The notes below the pieces were generated by a model. That model ran no database searches. It was not told the origin of the DNA and worked only from the letters and a program-made list of their open reading frames with translations. Shown here piece by piece: positions 1 through 10,569 of a DNA stretch of 24,000 nt. Within the stretch, counting starts at the first letter, position 1. Each line of letters starts with the position of its first letter. Location of the stretch: the NCBI RefSeq assembly GCF_024793895.1, contig NZ_JANUSB010000015.1:1607157-1631156 (forward strand). Direction: 5' to 3'. This DNA is from Serratia sp. AKBS12 (GTDB lineage Bacteria; Pseudomonadota; Gammaproteobacteria; Enterobacterales; Enterobacteriaceae). Both the position numbers and the translations under genes were made by a program.

Positions 1-180
1 GTACGTTTAGCCGGAGTAGTTTCGACTTTCTCGCTGGCCTCGGGATTTACTCAATGGCCGGATGTTCTGTTTATCGTCAATTGCCTGATGATCGTCGCTT
101 GGGCTCATGGCGAATGGGATTGGCAACGATCAAAAAACGATTAAATCATCCCTGCACGGCTAACGCCAAATTCCAGTACG

Positions 181-208
181 AAAAAACGCACCCGAAGGTG
201 CGTTTTTG
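181..208 (-). terminator. Rho-independent terminator after prc (hairpin looks bidirectional)
   Basis: GC-rich core stem ACGCACC/GGTGCGT with a 4-nt loop (cgaa). It is extended by A/T pairs, and on the minus strand it is followed by T6. It begins 19 nt after the prc stop codon (227-229). Confidence 0.8.
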
Positions 209-226
209 CTTTCTGCCAGCGCCGCG

Positions 227-2278
227 TTATTTGGTGGCGGCTGCCGGTTGTGAAGCGGGCTGATCTTTCTCAAGATGAGACAGTTCCAAGGCGATATGCA
301 CCGTTTCATCCAGGTACGGATCCGGCTCCTGGTAATCCTTTGGCAAGGCATCCAGCGATTTCAACGGTTTCTTGCCGGCACGTTCCAGACGATCGTTGAT
401 ACGCTGTAAGCGGGTCGCATCGTCGTCGTGGTTCTCTTTCTCGCGCTGGGCCAGATTGAGCGAAACGATGTTGCGTTTGTCCTTCAGCGCCTTGTAATGA
501 GCGATGTCTTGCGCGATGTACTGGAACTCGGGATTTTTGGCGATGCGCTGCTGATGGTCATTCAGCAGTTCAGGCACAAATGGCTTCATATCGCCGACCT
601 TGGTATAGGTGGCGGCGTTGATGCTGTCCCACGGCATGGCGTTGTCCTCAAAGCTTTCGCCGGTTTCCGCCGGATCGACACCGGTTGGCATCAGGATATC
701 AGGCGTGACGCCCTTACGCTGGGTGCTGCCGCCGTCAACGCGGTAGAACTTCTGAATGGTGTATTGCACCGAGCCCAGCGCCGGCCATTCAGGGCGCAGC
801 ATCTGATCGTAGATACGGTTCAGTGAACGATATTGCTGCACGGTGCCTTTACCAAACGTCGGCTCACCAACGACCAGCGCACGGCCGTAGTCCTGCATTG
901 CCGCCGCGAAAATCTCCGAAGCCGAGGCACTGAAGCGATCAACCAGCACCACCAGCGGGCCTTTGTAGTAGGTCACGCCATCGGTGTCGGCATCTTCCCG
1001 AATCTTGCCGTTGTTGTCACGCACCTGCACCACCGGACCGCTCGGAATAAACAGACCGGACAGCGAGACGGCTTCGGTCAGCGCGCCGCCGCCGTTGGCG
1101 CGCAGATCGATGATCACGCCCTTGACGTTCTGCTTGGCCATCTTCTGCAACTGGACTTTGACGTCATCGGTCAGGCCAACGTAGAAGCCGGGAATATCCA
1201 GCACTGCAATCTTTTCCTTGCCGACGGTTTTGACGGTCATCTTCACCGCACGGTCTTCCAGGCGAATGCGCTCACGGGTCAGCGTGACCACGCGCGTCTT
1301 GGTGCCCTTGCCGGCCGGCAGGATTTCCAGGCGCACCTTGCTGCCCTTCGGTCCCTTGATCAGTGAAACAACGTCGTCCAGACGCCAGCCGATGACGTCC
1401 ACCATTGCCTTACCGGCCTGACCGACGCCGACAATCCGATCGCCAACGGTGATCGATTTGCTCTTCGCCGCCGGACCGCCAGGCACCATCGAATTGATCA
1501 GGGTGTAGTCGTCGTCCATTTGCAACACCGCACCGATACCTTCCAGCGACAGGCTCATTTCGGTATTAAACTGTTCGGTATTGCGTGGCGACAGATAGTT
1601 GGTATGTGGGTCGATTTCATGCGCAAAGGCATTCATCGCCAGTTGGAACACGTCTTCGCTGTTGCTTTGCGTCAGGCGTTTGATGGCGAACTGATAGCGC
1701 TTGGTCAGCGTTTCGCGAATCTCCTTGTCGCTCTTGCCGGTCAGCTTGAGGTTCAGTTGGTCATATTTGACCTTGGCATCCCACAGACGATCGAGTTCGG
1801 CCTTGTCTTTGGGCCACGGCGCTTTGCCGCGGTCGATATCAATAGTGTCATTGCCGGTAAAGCTCATTGGCTTTCCCAGCAACGACAAGGCATAAGTGTA
1901 ACGCTCAAAACGGCGTTTCTGCGCCAGATTAAACAGCGCATAAGGCGTATCCAACTTACCGGTCTTCAGCTCGTCACCAAACGACTGGCGCTTATCGGCG
2001 AACTGCGCTACATCGGATGCCAGCAACACGTTGTGGCTGTAATCCAGCATGTTCAGATAGCGATCGAAGATCTTGCCGGAAAATTCGGCATCAAGGGCGA
2101 ATTGACGGTAATGGGAGCGAGTAAAGCGCGATGTTACGCGCTCACTCACTGTTGCATGCTGCGGTTCCTGATGCAGCTGCGGCAGTTGGTCGATGCGGAT
2201 GTTGGCGGTATCCGCACCGTAACTGACGCCAGCCCACATCAAGGCAGCGACTGCCGTTAATCTGACTAATTTGTTCAT
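227..2278 (-). CDS. prc: Tail-specific (C-terminal processing) periplasmic protease Prc, S41 family
   Basis: 683 aa from ATG 2278 (MNKLVRLTAVAALMWAG..., signal-like), with GGAGG about 10 nt upstream. The 16-codon extension in the ORF track (to 2326) would overlap proQ and is unlikely. S41 catalytic region is recognisable (VLVDRFSASASEIFAAAMQDYGRALVVGEPTFGKGTVQ). Length and order match E. coli Prc (682 aa). Confidence 0.95.
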   Translation of the reverse strand: MNKLVRLTAVAALMWAGVSYGADTANIRIDQLPQLHQEPQHATVSERVTSRFTRSHYRQFALDAEFSGKIFDRYLNMLDYSHNVLLASDVAQFADKRQSFGDELKTGKLDTPYALFNLAQKRRFERYTYALSLLGKPMSFTGNDTIDIDRGKAPWPKDKAELDRLWDAKVKYDQLNLKLTGKSDKEIRETLTKRYQFAIKRLTQSNSEDVFQLAMNAFAHEIDPHTNYLSPRNTEQFNTEMSLSLEGIGAVLQMDDDYTLINSMVPGGPAAKSKSITVGDRIVGVGQAGKAMVDVIGWRLDDVVSLIKGPKGSKVRLEILPAGKGTKTRVVTLTRERIRLEDRAVKMTVKTVGKEKIAVLDIPGFYVGLTDDVKVQLQKMAKQNVKGVIIDLRANGGGALTEAVSLSGLFIPSGPVVQVRDNNGKIREDADTDGVTYYKGPLVVLVDRFSASASEIFAAAMQDYGRALVVGEPTFGKGTVQQYRSLNRIYDQMLRPEWPALGSVQYTIQKFYRVDGGSTQRKGVTPDILMPTGVDPAETGESFEDNAMPWDSINAATYTKVGDMKPFVPELLNDHQQRIAKNPEFQYIAQDIAHYKALKDKRNIVSLNLAQREKENHDDDATRLQRINDRLERAGKKPLKSLDALPKDYQEPDPYLDETVHIALELSHLEKDQPASQPAAATK

Positions 2279-2297
2279 GCCTTGGTTGGCCTCCGTA

Positions 2298-3008
2298 TCA
2301 GAACTGCAAGTGTTCTGCGCGCACAATCATCGCCAGACCGGAAGAGAGCTGCACACGTACGCCATCTTTAGCGATTTCGAGTACGGTTGCATCCATCGCG
2401 CTCTTACCTGCTCTGACTTTGATTTCCTGGCCAATTTGCAGTTTAGAGATATCCGTAACGGGCACATGAGGCTGCTGGTTTTCCTCTTTTGCGGCACGAG
2501 GTTGACGAGCTTGCTGCGGGCGAGTTTGTGGACGTGGCTTGCGGCCTTCCGGTGCAGCGCCGCCTTCACGACGAGCGGCAGGTTTTTTACCGGCTGGACG
2601 CGGACGACGAGGCTCAGCGGCTGCGGATTCGCCGGCGGCTTCACGTTTTTTGGCGTTTTGTTCGGCACGCTGTGCCTGAACGCGCGCTTTGGCTTCTTCA
2701 AGCTGTTGGCGAGCATGGTCGACATGCTGCTGCTCGAGCTCGCCGCACGGGTTACCGTCCAGGTCAACACGCTGTGCGCCGACTTTGATGCCATACAGGT
2801 AACGCCAGCTAGAGGTATACAGGCGCAGTGCAGAACGCAATTGCGTCTTGCTCAGATTCTCTTCCCCCTGCACGCGCTCCACCAGATCCTGAAAAATACC
2901 GATTTTAAGCGGACGAGCTTCGCCTTCGGCGCTAAAGCAGAGCGGAAAACGCTCGGCAAGAAAAGCAATAACTTCTTTACTAGAGTTCAACTTAGGTTGA
3001 TTTTCCAT
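2298..3008 (-). CDS. proQ: RNA chaperone ProQ (FinO-like N-domain, basic linker, Tudor-like C-domain)
   Basis: N-terminus [41 protein letters not shown] is almost identical to my recollection of E. coli ProQ. It has a K/R/P/A-rich linker and a C-terminal [16 protein letters not shown]. It lies directly upstream of prc, as in E. coli. Confidence 0.95.
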   Translation of the reverse strand: MENQPKLNSSKEVIAFLAERFPLCFSAEGEARPLKIGIFQDLVERVQGEENLSKTQLRSALRLYTSSWRYLYGIKVGAQRVDLDGNPCGELEQQHVDHARQQLEEAKARVQAQRAEQNAKKREAAGESAAAEPRRPRPAGKKPAARREGGAAPEGRKPRPQTRPQQARQPRAAKEENQQPHVPVTDISKLQIGQEIKVRAGKSAMDATVLEIAKDGVRVQLSSGLAMIVRAEHLQF

Positions 3009-3063
3009 GAAATTTCCTGATTACAACGGTGTTGCCAACAAGCCGCAGGCATGAACAGGCGCC

Positions 3064-3092
3064 ATTATAATGACGCCATCGCTAAATGCCAC
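3064..3092 (-). promoter_or_regulatory. Candidate sigma70 promoter for proQ-prc
   Basis: On the minus strand: -35 GTGGCA (3092-3087), 17-bp spacer, consensus -10 TATAAT (3069-3064). The -10 sits inside the perfect palindrome CATTATAATG. This would give a ~50-nt leader before the proQ ATG. Confidence 0.3.
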
Positions 3093-3104
3093 GTTAACCG
3101 TAGA

Positions 3105-3602
3105 TCAACTTGCTGCTACAGTGACGTATTTCGCACAATTACACTGTTCCAGTTGCGCGCAAAGCCCCGCCACCACTGCTTTCAGGCCTAATTCGTCGTG
3201 CTCGTCGAACCGTTGATAAACTGTGCTGTCGAGATCCAGAACGCCGATCACCTGGCCGCCAACCACCAGCGGCAGCACGATTTCGGCGTTGCTGGCGGCG
3301 TCACAGGCGATATGGCCGGGAAACGCATGCACATCGCCGACGCGCTGAATGCGGTTTTCTGCTGCGGCGGTGCCACAGACCCCTTTGCCCAGCGGAATGC
3401 GCACGCAGGCAATTTTACCCTGGAACGGCCCAAGCACCAGCTGCTTGCCGTCCATCAGGTAAAAGCCGGCCCAGTTGACCTCGTCCAGCCGCTCATTGAT
3501 CAGCGCGCTGGCATTGGCAAGCGCCGCGATGAAATGGGTTTCGCCGTCAAGTAGCGCCACCAGATCGCGTTTTAATTCCGCGTAGAATTGTTCTTTTGTC
3601 AT
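3105..3602 (-). CDS. msrC: Free methionine-(R)-sulfoxide reductase, GAF-domain protein (MsrC/YebR)
   Basis: 165 aa. FQGKIACVRIPLGKGVCGTAAAE...HIACDAASNAEIVLPLVV closely matches the remembered E. coli YebR sequence, including the conserved Cys residues. Position between proQ and letA is conserved. Confidence 0.93.
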   Translation of the reverse strand: MTKEQFYAELKRDLVALLDGETHFIAALANASALINERLDEVNWAGFYLMDGKQLVLGPFQGKIACVRIPLGKGVCGTAAAENRIQRVGDVHAFPGHIACDAASNAEIVLPLVVGGQVIGVLDLDSTVYQRFDEHDELGLKAVVAGLCAQLEQCNCAKYVTVAAS

Positions 3603-3848
3603 GTAGTAACCATTAACACTCTGTAGATAGCCTTAAGCTCGAGGCTTAGCCCCTATAAAATAAGCATTAAATGCGTATAGTCACAAGGTTAATCATCTGT
3701 TGCTTCACAAAACCCTGCCCGACAGGGTATGTTTGCCAGCCAGAAACCCCGTTTACCTGCTTTGCCGCCTTCCTTTATAACACGATGGCAAAGACGGCGT
3801 TATTTTCCAGCTACGCTAAATAGACCTGCGGGCTAAAGAGCAGTTTTG

Positions 3849-5099
3849 ATGATGAAGATACACGCGATCACCGGCCCGCTAAGCACAGCGCGCCACCAGC
3901 GCTGCTGCGAATGCGACCTGCTGTTTACCCTGCCGCCACTGGCGGGCAACCAGGCCGCTTATTGCCCGCGCTGCAATGCCAAAGTGGTCAACGGCCGCGA
4001 TTGGTCGATGACCCGGCTGACGGCGCTGGCGGTAACCATGCTGCTGCTGATGCCGTTCGCCTTCACCGAACCGCTGATCGGCATTCGCCTGCTCGGCAGC
4101 CACATTCACGCCAGCATGCTGGAGGGCGTCTGGCAGATGAGTCGCCAGGGCGACCCGATCACCGCCAGCATGGTGGCATTTTGCACCATAGGCGCGCCGC
4201 TGACGCTGGTGCTGTCGCTGCTGTATCTGCGTATCGGTCATCGGCTAGGCATGAACCTGCGCCCGGTGTTGCTGATGCTGGAACGGCTGAAAGAGTGGAT
4301 CATGCTGGATATTTATCTGATCGGCATGGCGGTAGCGACGATAAAAGTCAAAGAGTATGCCGACATCGAGGCCGGCAGCGCGTTGATTGCCTATCTCTGT
4401 CTGACGTTACTCAGCATCCTGACCCTGATTCATATGAACCTGGAGCAACTGTGGGAACGCTATTACCCGCAGCAACAGCCGCAAGGTGCGCCGTCGGCGT
4501 TGCACGTCTGTTTATCCTGCCATTACACCGGCTACCCCGATTCGCGCGGCCGTTGCCCGCGCTGTCATATTGTCATGTGCCGCCGCCAGCCCTACAGCCT
4601 GCAAAAAACCTGGGCGGCACTGATTGCGGCGATGATCCTGCTGATCCCGGCCAACCTGCTGCCGATCTCGATTATCTATGCCAACGGCGCGCGAATGGAG
4701 GATACTATCTTTTCCGGCGTAGTCTCGCTGGCGACCTCGGGCAATATTCCGATTGCCGCGATTGTGTTTATCGCCAGCGTACTGGTGCCGTTTACCAAGG
4801 TCATCGTGCTGATCACCCTGCTGTTCAGCATCCATTTCAAAACCTCGCACAGCCTGAAGACACGCATTCGGCTGCTGCGTCTGGTGAGGTGGATTGGCCG
4901 CTGGTCAATGCTCGATCTGTTTGTCATTGCGCTGATGATGTCGCTGGTAAATCGCGACCAATTATTATCATTTACTATGGGGCCGGCAGCCTTTTACTTT
5001 GGGTCTGCGGTCATTTTGACTATTCTTGCCGTTGAGTGGCTGGATAGCCGATTGATTTGGGATGCACATGCAACAGGAAACGCCGAATACGACGACTGA
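3849..5099 (+). CDS. letA: LetA (YebS), PqiA-family polytopic inner-membrane protein
   Basis: Two internally repeated halves, each opening with paired CxxC motifs (CCECD...CPRC; CLSC...CPRC) followed by TM segments. This is typical of PqiA/YebS. The ORF-track start at 3846 is TTG, and ATG at 3849 or 3852 is more likely. Confidence 0.9.
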   Translation: MMKIHAITGPLSTARHQRCCECDLLFTLPPLAGNQAAYCPRCNAKVVNGRDWSMTRLTALAVTMLLLMPFAFTEPLIGIRLLGSHIHASMLEGVWQMSRQGDPITASMVAFCTIGAPLTLVLSLLYLRIGHRLGMNLRPVLLMLERLKEWIMLDIYLIGMAVATIKVKEYADIEAGSALIAYLCLTLLSILTLIHMNLEQLWERYYPQQQPQGAPSALHVCLSCHYTGYPDSRGRCPRCHIVMCRRQPYSLQKTWAALIAAMILLIPANLLPISIIYANGARMEDTIFSGVVSLATSGNIPIAAIVFIASVLVPFTKVIVLITLLFSIHFKTSHSLKTRIRLLRLVRWIGRWSMLDLFVIALMMSLVNRDQLLSFTMGPAAFYFGSAVILTILAVEWLDSRLIWDAHATGNAEYDD

Positions 5100-7701
5100 A
5101 GCGCGGGTCAAACACAAGCGCCGCATTTCACCCTTCTGGTTATTGCCATTTATCGCCCTGCTGATTGCCGGCTGGCTGGTGTATAACAATTTCCAGGAGC
5201 GCGGCACCACCGTCACCATTGATTTCCAGTCGGCCGCCGGCATCGTGGCCGGGCGCACGCCGGTGCGCTATCAGGGCGTCGACGTCGGTACCGTGCAGAC
5301 CATCAGCCTGAGCAAGGATCTGCGTAAAATCGTGGTGGAAGCCAGTATAAAAAGCGATCTGGAAGATTCGCTGCGCGACGGCACCCAGTTCTGGCTGGTG
5401 ACGCCCAAAGCCTCGCTGGCCGGCGTTTCCGGGCTCGATGCGCTGGTCGGCGGCAACTACATCGGCATGATGCCGGGCGGCGGACAGCCACAGACTCACT
5501 TTACGGCGCTCGATACCCAGCCGAAATACCGTCTGAACACCGGTGAACTGATGCTGCACCTGCATGCCGACGATCTCGGCTCGCTCAACACCGGCTCGCT
5601 GGTCTATTACCGCAAGATCCCTGTGGGCAAGGTGTATGACTACACCATCGCCGACGGCAACAAGGGGGTGACCATTGACGTGCTTATCGATCGTCGTTTC
5701 GCCAACCTGGTGAAGGACAACAGCCGTTTCTGGAACGTTTCCGGCTTTAAGGGCGACTTCAGCCTGGCCGGCGCCTCGGTGCAAATGGAAAGCCTGGCCG
5801 CGTTGGTGAATGGTGCCATCGCCTTCGATTCGCCGCCACAGGGAAAACAGGCCAAGGCCGAACAGAATTACACCCTCTATCCCGATCTGGCGCACAGTCA
5901 GCGCGGCGTCAACATCACCCTCGATCTGCCTAGTGGTAAAAACCTGAGTGAAAACCACACGCCGCTAATCTATCAAGGACTGCAGGTCGGCACCCTGACC
6001 AAATTGACGTTGCAGCCCGACAGTAAGGTCACCGGCGAACTGACCATCGACCCGTCGGTGGTGGATCTGATGCGCAGCGGTACGCGTATTGCCATGCGCA
6101 GCCCACGCATCAGCCTGAACGACGCCAAACTGAGCCAGTTGCTGACCGGCAACACGCTGGAACTGATCCCCGGCGACGGCGAGCCACAACAGCATTTCAA
6201 CGTGCTGGACAGCAGTGAAACGCTGCTACAACAGCCAGGGGTACTCACCGTCTCGCTGACGGCGCCGCAGAGCTACGGCATTGACGTCGGCCAACCGCTG
6301 ATCGTACACGGCATTCGAGTCGGCCAGATCCTCAGCCGCACCCTGACCGACGATGGCGTCAACTTCCGCGCGGCGATCGAAGCGCAATACCGTGCACTGA
6401 TACACAAGGACAGCAAGTTCGTGGTCAATAGCCGGGTAGACGTCAAGCTGGGTCTCGACGGTATGGAGGTACTTGGCGCCAGCGCGCAGGAGTGGATCGA
6501 CGGTGGCGTGCGCATCATACCGGGCAGCAAGGGCGAACCGGCGACGCAGTACCCGCTCTATAGCAATGCGGAACGCGCCGAAGCAGGCATCATCGGCAAC
6601 AAGCCCAAGCCGACCCTGACGTTGACCGCCAACAGCCTGCCGGACGTGCAAACCGGTTCGGTAGTGCTATACCGCAAATTCCAGGTAGGCGAAATCGTCG
6701 ACGTCAGGCCTAAGGCAAACGAATTCGACGTCGATATCTATATCAGCCCGGAATATCGCAAGTTGCTGACCAATCAGACCATTTTCTGGGCCGAAGGCGG
6801 AGCCAAGGTGCAGCTCAGCGGCAGCGGGCTGACGGTACAGGCATCGCCGCTCAACCGAGCGTTGAAAGGCGCCATCAGCTTCGACAATTTGCAGGGCGTG
6901 ACGCTGGACAAAGGCAGCAAACGACTGCTGTATGCCAACGAAACCGCCGCGCGTGCGGTGGGTAGCCAGATTACGCTCCGCACCTACGACGCCAGCAAGC
7001 TGTCGCCAGGCATGCCGATTCGTTATCTGGGTATCGACATTGGCCAGGTCGAGTCGCTGAAACTGGCGCCGGAACGCAACGAAGTGCTGGCGAAGGCGGT
7101 ACTGTATCCAGAATATGTCGATACCTTCGCCCGTTTTGGCACTCGCTTCTCGGTGGTCTCACCGGAAATCTCCGCCGCAGGCGTCAGCAACCTCGATACC
7201 CTGCTGCAACCGTACATCAACGTCGAACCGGGTCGCAGCGGACGCGCCCTGCGCACCTTCGAACTCCAGGAAGCCACCATTACCGACTCACGCTACATGG
7301 ACGGCCTGAACGTGGTGCTCGATGCGGCAGAAACCGGCTCGCTGCAAATCGGTACGCCGGTGCTGTTCCGCGGCATCGAGGTGGGTACCGTGACCGGTTT
7401 CTATCTGGGAGCGATGTCCGATCGCGTTCACGTCGCCTTGCGTATCAGCAAGAAGTACCAGCACCTGGTGCGTAATAACAGCGTGTTCTGGCTGGCGTCC
7501 GGCTACAATCTGCAATTTGGCCTGACCGGCGGCGTGATCAAGAGCGGTACCTTCCAACAGTTCATTCGCGGCGGTATTGCCTTCGCGACGCCACCGACCA
7601 TTCCATTGGCGCCGCAAGCCAACGCCGGCAAGCACTTCCTGCTGACGGCGGAGGAGCCGAAAGACTGGAAGCAATGGGGAACGGCGATCCCGCGCAATTA
7701 A
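5062..7701 (+). CDS. letB: LetB (YebT), multi-MCE-domain periplasm-spanning lipid transport tunnel protein
   Basis: 879 aa versus 877 aa in E. coli. The N-terminal anchor [23 protein letters not shown] is near-identical to YebT, followed by repeated MCE-like modules. The start could be ATG 5062 or ATG 5068 (MQQETP...). Either overlaps the letA 3' end by 32-38 nt. Confidence 0.92.
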   Translation: MHMQQETPNTTTEARVKHKRRISPFWLLPFIALLIAGWLVYNNFQERGTTVTIDFQSAAGIVAGRTPVRYQGVDVGTVQTISLSKDLRKIVVEASIKSDLEDSLRDGTQFWLVTPKASLAGVSGLDALVGGNYIGMMPGGGQPQTHFTALDTQPKYRLNTGELMLHLHADDLGSLNTGSLVYYRKIPVGKVYDYTIADGNKGVTIDVLIDRRFANLVKDNSRFWNVSGFKGDFSLAGASVQMESLAALVNGAIAFDSPPQGKQAKAEQNYTLYPDLAHSQRGVNITLDLPSGKNLSENHTPLIYQGLQVGTLTKLTLQPDSKVTGELTIDPSVVDLMRSGTRIAMRSPRISLNDAKLSQLLTGNTLELIPGDGEPQQHFNVLDSSETLLQQPGVLTVSLTAPQSYGIDVGQPLIVHGIRVGQILSRTLTDDGVNFRAAIEAQYRALIHKDSKFVVNSRVDVKLGLDGMEVLGASAQEWIDGGVRIIPGSKGEPATQYPLYSNAERAEAGIIGNKPKPTLTLTANSLPDVQTGSVVLYRKFQVGEIVDVRPKANEFDVDIYISPEYRKLLTNQTIFWAEGGAKVQLSGSGLTVQASPLNRALKGAISFDNLQGVTLDKGSKRLLYANETAARAVGSQITLRTYDASKLSPGMPIRYLGIDIGQVESLKLAPERNEVLAKAVLYPEYVDTFARFGTRFSVVSPEISAAGVSNLDTLLQPYINVEPGRSGRALRTFELQEATITDSRYMDGLNVVLDAAETGSLQIGTPVLFRGIEVGTVTGFYLGAMSDRVHVALRISKKYQHLVRNNSVFWLASGYNLQFGLTGGVIKSGTFQQFIRGGIAFATPPTIPLAPQANAGKHFLLTAEEPKDWKQWGTAIPRN

Positions 7702-7712
7702 CCCCACCTGAC

Positions 7713-7740
7713 GGCAGGGCTGCCACCGCGCGGCCCTGCC
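7713..7740 (+). terminator. GC-rich hairpin after letB (possible weak terminator or RNA-stabilising stem)
   Basis: GGCAGGGC-N12-GCCCTGCC, an 8-bp perfect stem starting 12 nt after the letB stop. There is no T-tract after it, so intrinsic termination is uncertain. Confidence 0.3.
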
Positions 7741-7807
7741 CATACTCTCTGGCCATCGCTTTATGTTACACTGCCGCCCTCATTTTGACCGTCCATAAGA
7801 GTTACCC

Positions 7808-9250
7808 GTGGCCAAACCTGCTAGCGTATTTCTGCCCCCTGCCTTTCTCGACGCCACGCGCGCGATCATGCCCGCCGAACTGTCGATGGAGGATTTCATC
7901 GCCGCCTGCCAACGCCCGCTACGCCGCAGCATACGCGTCAATACGCTGAAAATCAGCGTTGGCGACTTCCTGGCGCTGGTGCAGAACTACGGCTGGCAAC
8001 TGGAGCCGATCCCATGGTGCGCAGAAGGTTTCTGGCTCACCCGCGACGACGACGCGCTGCGACTTGGCAGCGCAGCGGAACACCTGAGCGGCCTGTTCTA
8101 CATTCAGGAAGCCAGCTCCATGCTGCCGGTCAGCGCGCTGTTCAGCGCAAACGACGAAACGCCCCGTCGCGTACTGGACGTCGCGGCCGCTCCCGGCTCC
8201 AAAACCACCCAGATCGCCGCATTGATGAATAACCGTGGCGGCATTGTAGCCAATGAATACTCCGCCAGCCGCGTCAAGGTACTCCATGCCAACGTCAGTC
8301 GCTGTGGAGTGAAAAACGCCGCCCTGACTCACTTTGACGGCCGGGTGTTCGGCGCTGCGCTACCGGAGGCCTTTGACGCCATCCTGCTGGACGCTCCCTG
8401 CTCTGGCGAGGGGGTGGTGCGCAAGGATCCCGACGCCATGAGCAACTGGTCGCCGGAAAGCGTGCACAGCATTGCCGAAACGCAACGCCAACTGATCGAC
8501 AGCGCCTTCCATGCGCTGGCACCCGGTGGCGTGATGGTTTACTCCACCTGTACGCTCAATGCGCAGGAAAATCAGCAGGTGATTAACAGCCTGTTGGCCA
8601 ACTATGGCTCGGCGGTAAGCGTAGAACCGCTGGGCGACCTGTTCCCTGGTGCGCACCAGGCCTTGACCGCCGAAGGTTTCCTGCACGTATTCCCGCAAAT
8701 CTATGACAGCGAAGGGTTCTTTGTCGCACGCCTGCGCAAGCACCATGCGGTTGCCCCGCTGCCAAAGCCAGGCTATAAGGTGGGCAAATTCCCCTTCTCA
8801 CCGCTGTCCGGCAAAGACGGTGCCCTGGTGCAACAGGCGGCGGCAGCCGTTGGCCTGAACTGGGATCGGCATGACCATCGGCTTTGGGCGCGCGATAAGG
8901 AAATCTGGTTATTCCCGGCCGAGCTGGAGCCGCTGATCGGCAAGGTGCGCTTCTCACGTATTGGCCTGAAACTGGCAGAACGCTTCCCGAAAGGCTTCCG
9001 CTGGCAACACGAGGCGGTGCTGGCATTGGCCGATGGCCACGGGAAACTGGCCTTTGAGCTGGACGCCGCGCTGGCGCAGGAGTGGTTTCACGGCCGCGAC
9101 CTGTATCCCGATCGGCCGCCGCAGGGTGATGAATGCATCGTCACCTATCAGCATCAACCGTTGGGCATCGCCAAACGTATCGGCAGCCGGATCAAAAACA
9201 ATCTGCCGCGTGAACTGGTGCGTGACGGCGTACTGGATTTCCATCAGTAA
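7808..9250 (+). CDS. rsmF: 16S rRNA (cytosine1407-C5)-methyltransferase RsmF (YebU)
   Basis: 480 aa with a GTG start. Motifs seen: SAM-binding [16 protein letters not shown], catalytic [14 protein letters not shown] and YSTCTL. The N-terminus [11 protein letters not shown] matches remembered E. coli RsmF. Confidence 0.93.
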   Translation: MAKPASVFLPPAFLDATRAIMPAELSMEDFIAACQRPLRRSIRVNTLKISVGDFLALVQNYGWQLEPIPWCAEGFWLTRDDDALRLGSAAEHLSGLFYIQEASSMLPVSALFSANDETPRRVLDVAAAPGSKTTQIAALMNNRGGIVANEYSASRVKVLHANVSRCGVKNAALTHFDGRVFGAALPEAFDAILLDAPCSGEGVVRKDPDAMSNWSPESVHSIAETQRQLIDSAFHALAPGGVMVYSTCTLNAQENQQVINSLLANYGSAVSVEPLGDLFPGAHQALTAEGFLHVFPQIYDSEGFFVARLRKHHAVAPLPKPGYKVGKFPFSPLSGKDGALVQQAAAAVGLNWDRHDHRLWARDKEIWLFPAELEPLIGKVRFSRIGLKLAERFPKGFRWQHEAVLALADGHGKLAFELDAALAQEWFHGRDLYPDRPPQGDECIVTYQHQPLGIAKRIGSRIKNNLPRELVRDGVLDFHQ

Positions 9251-9258
9251 CTTCCCTC

Positions 9259-9286
9259 CGGCGGCAATCTCGATATCTTGCCGCCG
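9259..9286 (+). terminator. Hairpin terminator after rsmF
   Basis: CGGCGGCAA-N10-TTGCCGCCG, a 9-bp perfect stem starting 9 nt after the rsmF stop, followed by a pyrimidine-rich ACTCACTTTCTGCT. The T-tract is weak. Confidence 0.5.
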
Positions 9287-9392
9287 ACTCACTTTCTGCT
9301 CCGTATGATTATTTCAATTTATATTATTTATTCCGTATCAATTTAATTCTCCCCCCTTGGTTATTTGCCTTAATTCCACCTGGAAAGATTTT

Positions 9393-9405
9393 TGTGTCTG
9401 ACACA
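9393..9405. promoter_or_regulatory. Perfect 13-bp palindrome (candidate operator) in the AT-rich pilus-operon control region
   Basis: TGTGTC-T-GACACA lies about 120 bp upstream of the first pilin ATG. The surrounding region (9301-9460) is about 31% G+C by my hand count. Confidence 0.3.
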
Positions 9406-9523
9406 GACTTTTACCGTTTCTTAATCTATTAATTAAAGTGTACAAAAAATGTCATACGCCGGTTGCCAGCCGCAGCCGTCAACGTTGGTTATTTTTTTAA
9501 ACATTTCACAGCAAGGGTAATTT

Positions 9524-10054
9524 ATGAAAAAAATCTTGGCGACGCTGTGTTCAGCGGCGACGGCAATCTGCATCTTTCCGCTGCAGGCAGGCACCATTCA
9601 AGGCAATCTAGGCGTCAGCCTGACCATCGGCGCCGGCTGCGTGGTGAATGGCGGTAACAGCGCCGGCTCCGTCAACGACTTCGGAGCGATAAATTTCGGC
9701 ACCTATTCTTCCCTCGCTAATATCATCGATGCCAGTTCAAGCGGTAGCGGCGGCGCAGGTACGTTGGCGTTGGAATGTACCGACGGCACCGACTATACCG
9801 TCGCGCTGAATAACGGGCTTAACGCGACCGGTACGCAGCGGCGCATGGCCAGCACCGCCGGTGCCTTTATCAATTACAACCTGTACCGCGACGCTGCACA
9901 TAGCCAGCCCTGGAATGATACCGACGGCACGCTGACCGGCACCGGCAGCGGCGCGGCACAACCGCTGATTGTCTATGGCCGCGTACCGGCGGCCTCCTCC
10001 ACGCCGGCGGAAGGCGCTTATAACGATACGGTGACCATGACGGTGAGCTGGTAG
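9524..10054 (+). CDS. Spore-coat-U (SCPU) domain pilin, CsuA/B-like major subunit
   Basis: 176 aa with a signal peptide (MKKILATLCSAATAICIFPLQA/GT). It has a conserved Cys pair (GAGCVV...LECTDG) and the C-terminal SCPU motif GAYNDTVTMTVSW. It is the first gene of the pilin-pilin-pilin-chaperone-usher-adhesin order. Confidence 0.85.
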   Translation: MKKILATLCSAATAICIFPLQAGTIQGNLGVSLTIGAGCVVNGGNSAGSVNDFGAINFGTYSSLANIIDASSSGSGGAGTLALECTDGTDYTVALNNGLNATGTQRRMASTAGAFINYNLYRDAAHSQPWNDTDGTLTGTGSGAAQPLIVYGRVPAASSTPAEGAYNDTVTMTVSW

Positions 10055-10558
10055 GTGCGTCGAGCGGCGGTTGCCGCAGCGATGCTGGCATTCAGTCTCG
10101 GCGCATCGGCCGATAGCAAAAGCGCCAGCATTGGCGTCAGCGCCACGCTGGTCAATGCCTGCGAGGCCGGCAGCAACGCCGGCAGCAACGTAAATTTTGG
10201 CTCGTTGGATTTCGGCACGGTCTCTTTTCTGCATCGCGCGCTGACCACCACCGGCCAGCAAAATGCCGGTGCCATCAGGGTCAAATGCAACAGCGGCACT
10301 GGCTATGCGGTGTTACTGGGCGGCGGGCAAAGCGGGACCCCCACCGCCCGCTATTTGCAAAACGCCGCCGGACAGCGGGTGAACTACGGCCTCTATACCA
10401 GCGCCAGCTACAGCGTGGTGTGGGACGACCAGACCGGCGTCACCCAGGTCGCCAACGGACAAGATCAGTGGCTAGCGGTATATGGCCGCATCCCTGCACA
10501 AGCCACCCCAGCCACCGGCATTTATACCGACACGGTACAGGTGACGATAAATTGGTAG
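10055..10558 (+). CDS. SCPU-domain minor pilin (CsuA-like)
   Basis: 167 aa. The GTG start abuts the previous stop (TAGGTG) and gives the signal peptide (M)RRAAVAAAMLAFSLGASA/DS. Cys pair NACEAG...VKCNSG and C-terminal GIYTDTVQVTINW are present. An alternative ATG lies at 10082. Confidence 0.8.
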   Translation: MRRAAVAAAMLAFSLGASADSKSASIGVSATLVNACEAGSNAGSNVNFGSLDFGTVSFLHRALTTTGQQNAGAIRVKCNSGTGYAVLLGGGQSGTPTARYLQNAAGQRVNYGLYTSASYSVVWDDQTGVTQVANGQDQWLAVYGRIPAQATPATGIYTDTVQVTINW

Positions 10559-10569
10559 GCAAATACGGT

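Noticed and set aside
54-351. Small ORFs 54-263 (+) and 160-351 (-), and a 21-codon minus-strand ORF starting at 108, in the region downstream of prc.
   Set aside because: They span the prc terminator or the prc 3' end, lack SDs and have no recognisable features. This region is probably the promoter or leader of the next minus-strand gene, which lies outside the window.
428-2260. Long plus-strand ORFs (428-826, 833-1366, 1520-2260) antisense to prc. Similar shadow ORFs lie opposite proQ (2271-3020), letB (5140-5958, 7288-7743), rsmF, the usher, pckA (19397-20407) and the MFS gene (21756-22391).
   Set aside because: They lie entirely inside confidently identified genes on the other strand. 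They have R/A/G/H/Q-rich, low-complexity translations with no recognisable motifs or SDs. This is the usual stop-codon-poor antisense frame of GC-rich DNA.
3911-5035. 374-aa same-strand alternative-frame ORF inside letA.
   Set aside because: Its translation is Arg/Pro/Ala/Gly-rich with no hydrophobic segments, whereas the letA frame gives a coherent PqiA-like membrane protein. It is a frame artefact.
9381-9397. Sigma54-like TGGAAA-N5-TTTGT upstream of the pilus operon. Also TGGCAC motifs at 22664 and 20922.
   Set aside because: The -12 GC element is missing or the motif lies inside coding or remnant sequence. No enhancer-binding-protein gene is nearby.
10285-10569. N-terminal extension of the third pilin ORF (272-aa version) overlapping pilin 2. 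The 310-aa version of the chaperone ORF from 10950 is a similar case.
   Set aside because: The extensions are out-of-frame read-through of the upstream pilin gene with junk-like sequence. Proper signal peptides and SDs appear only at 10552/10570 and 11124.
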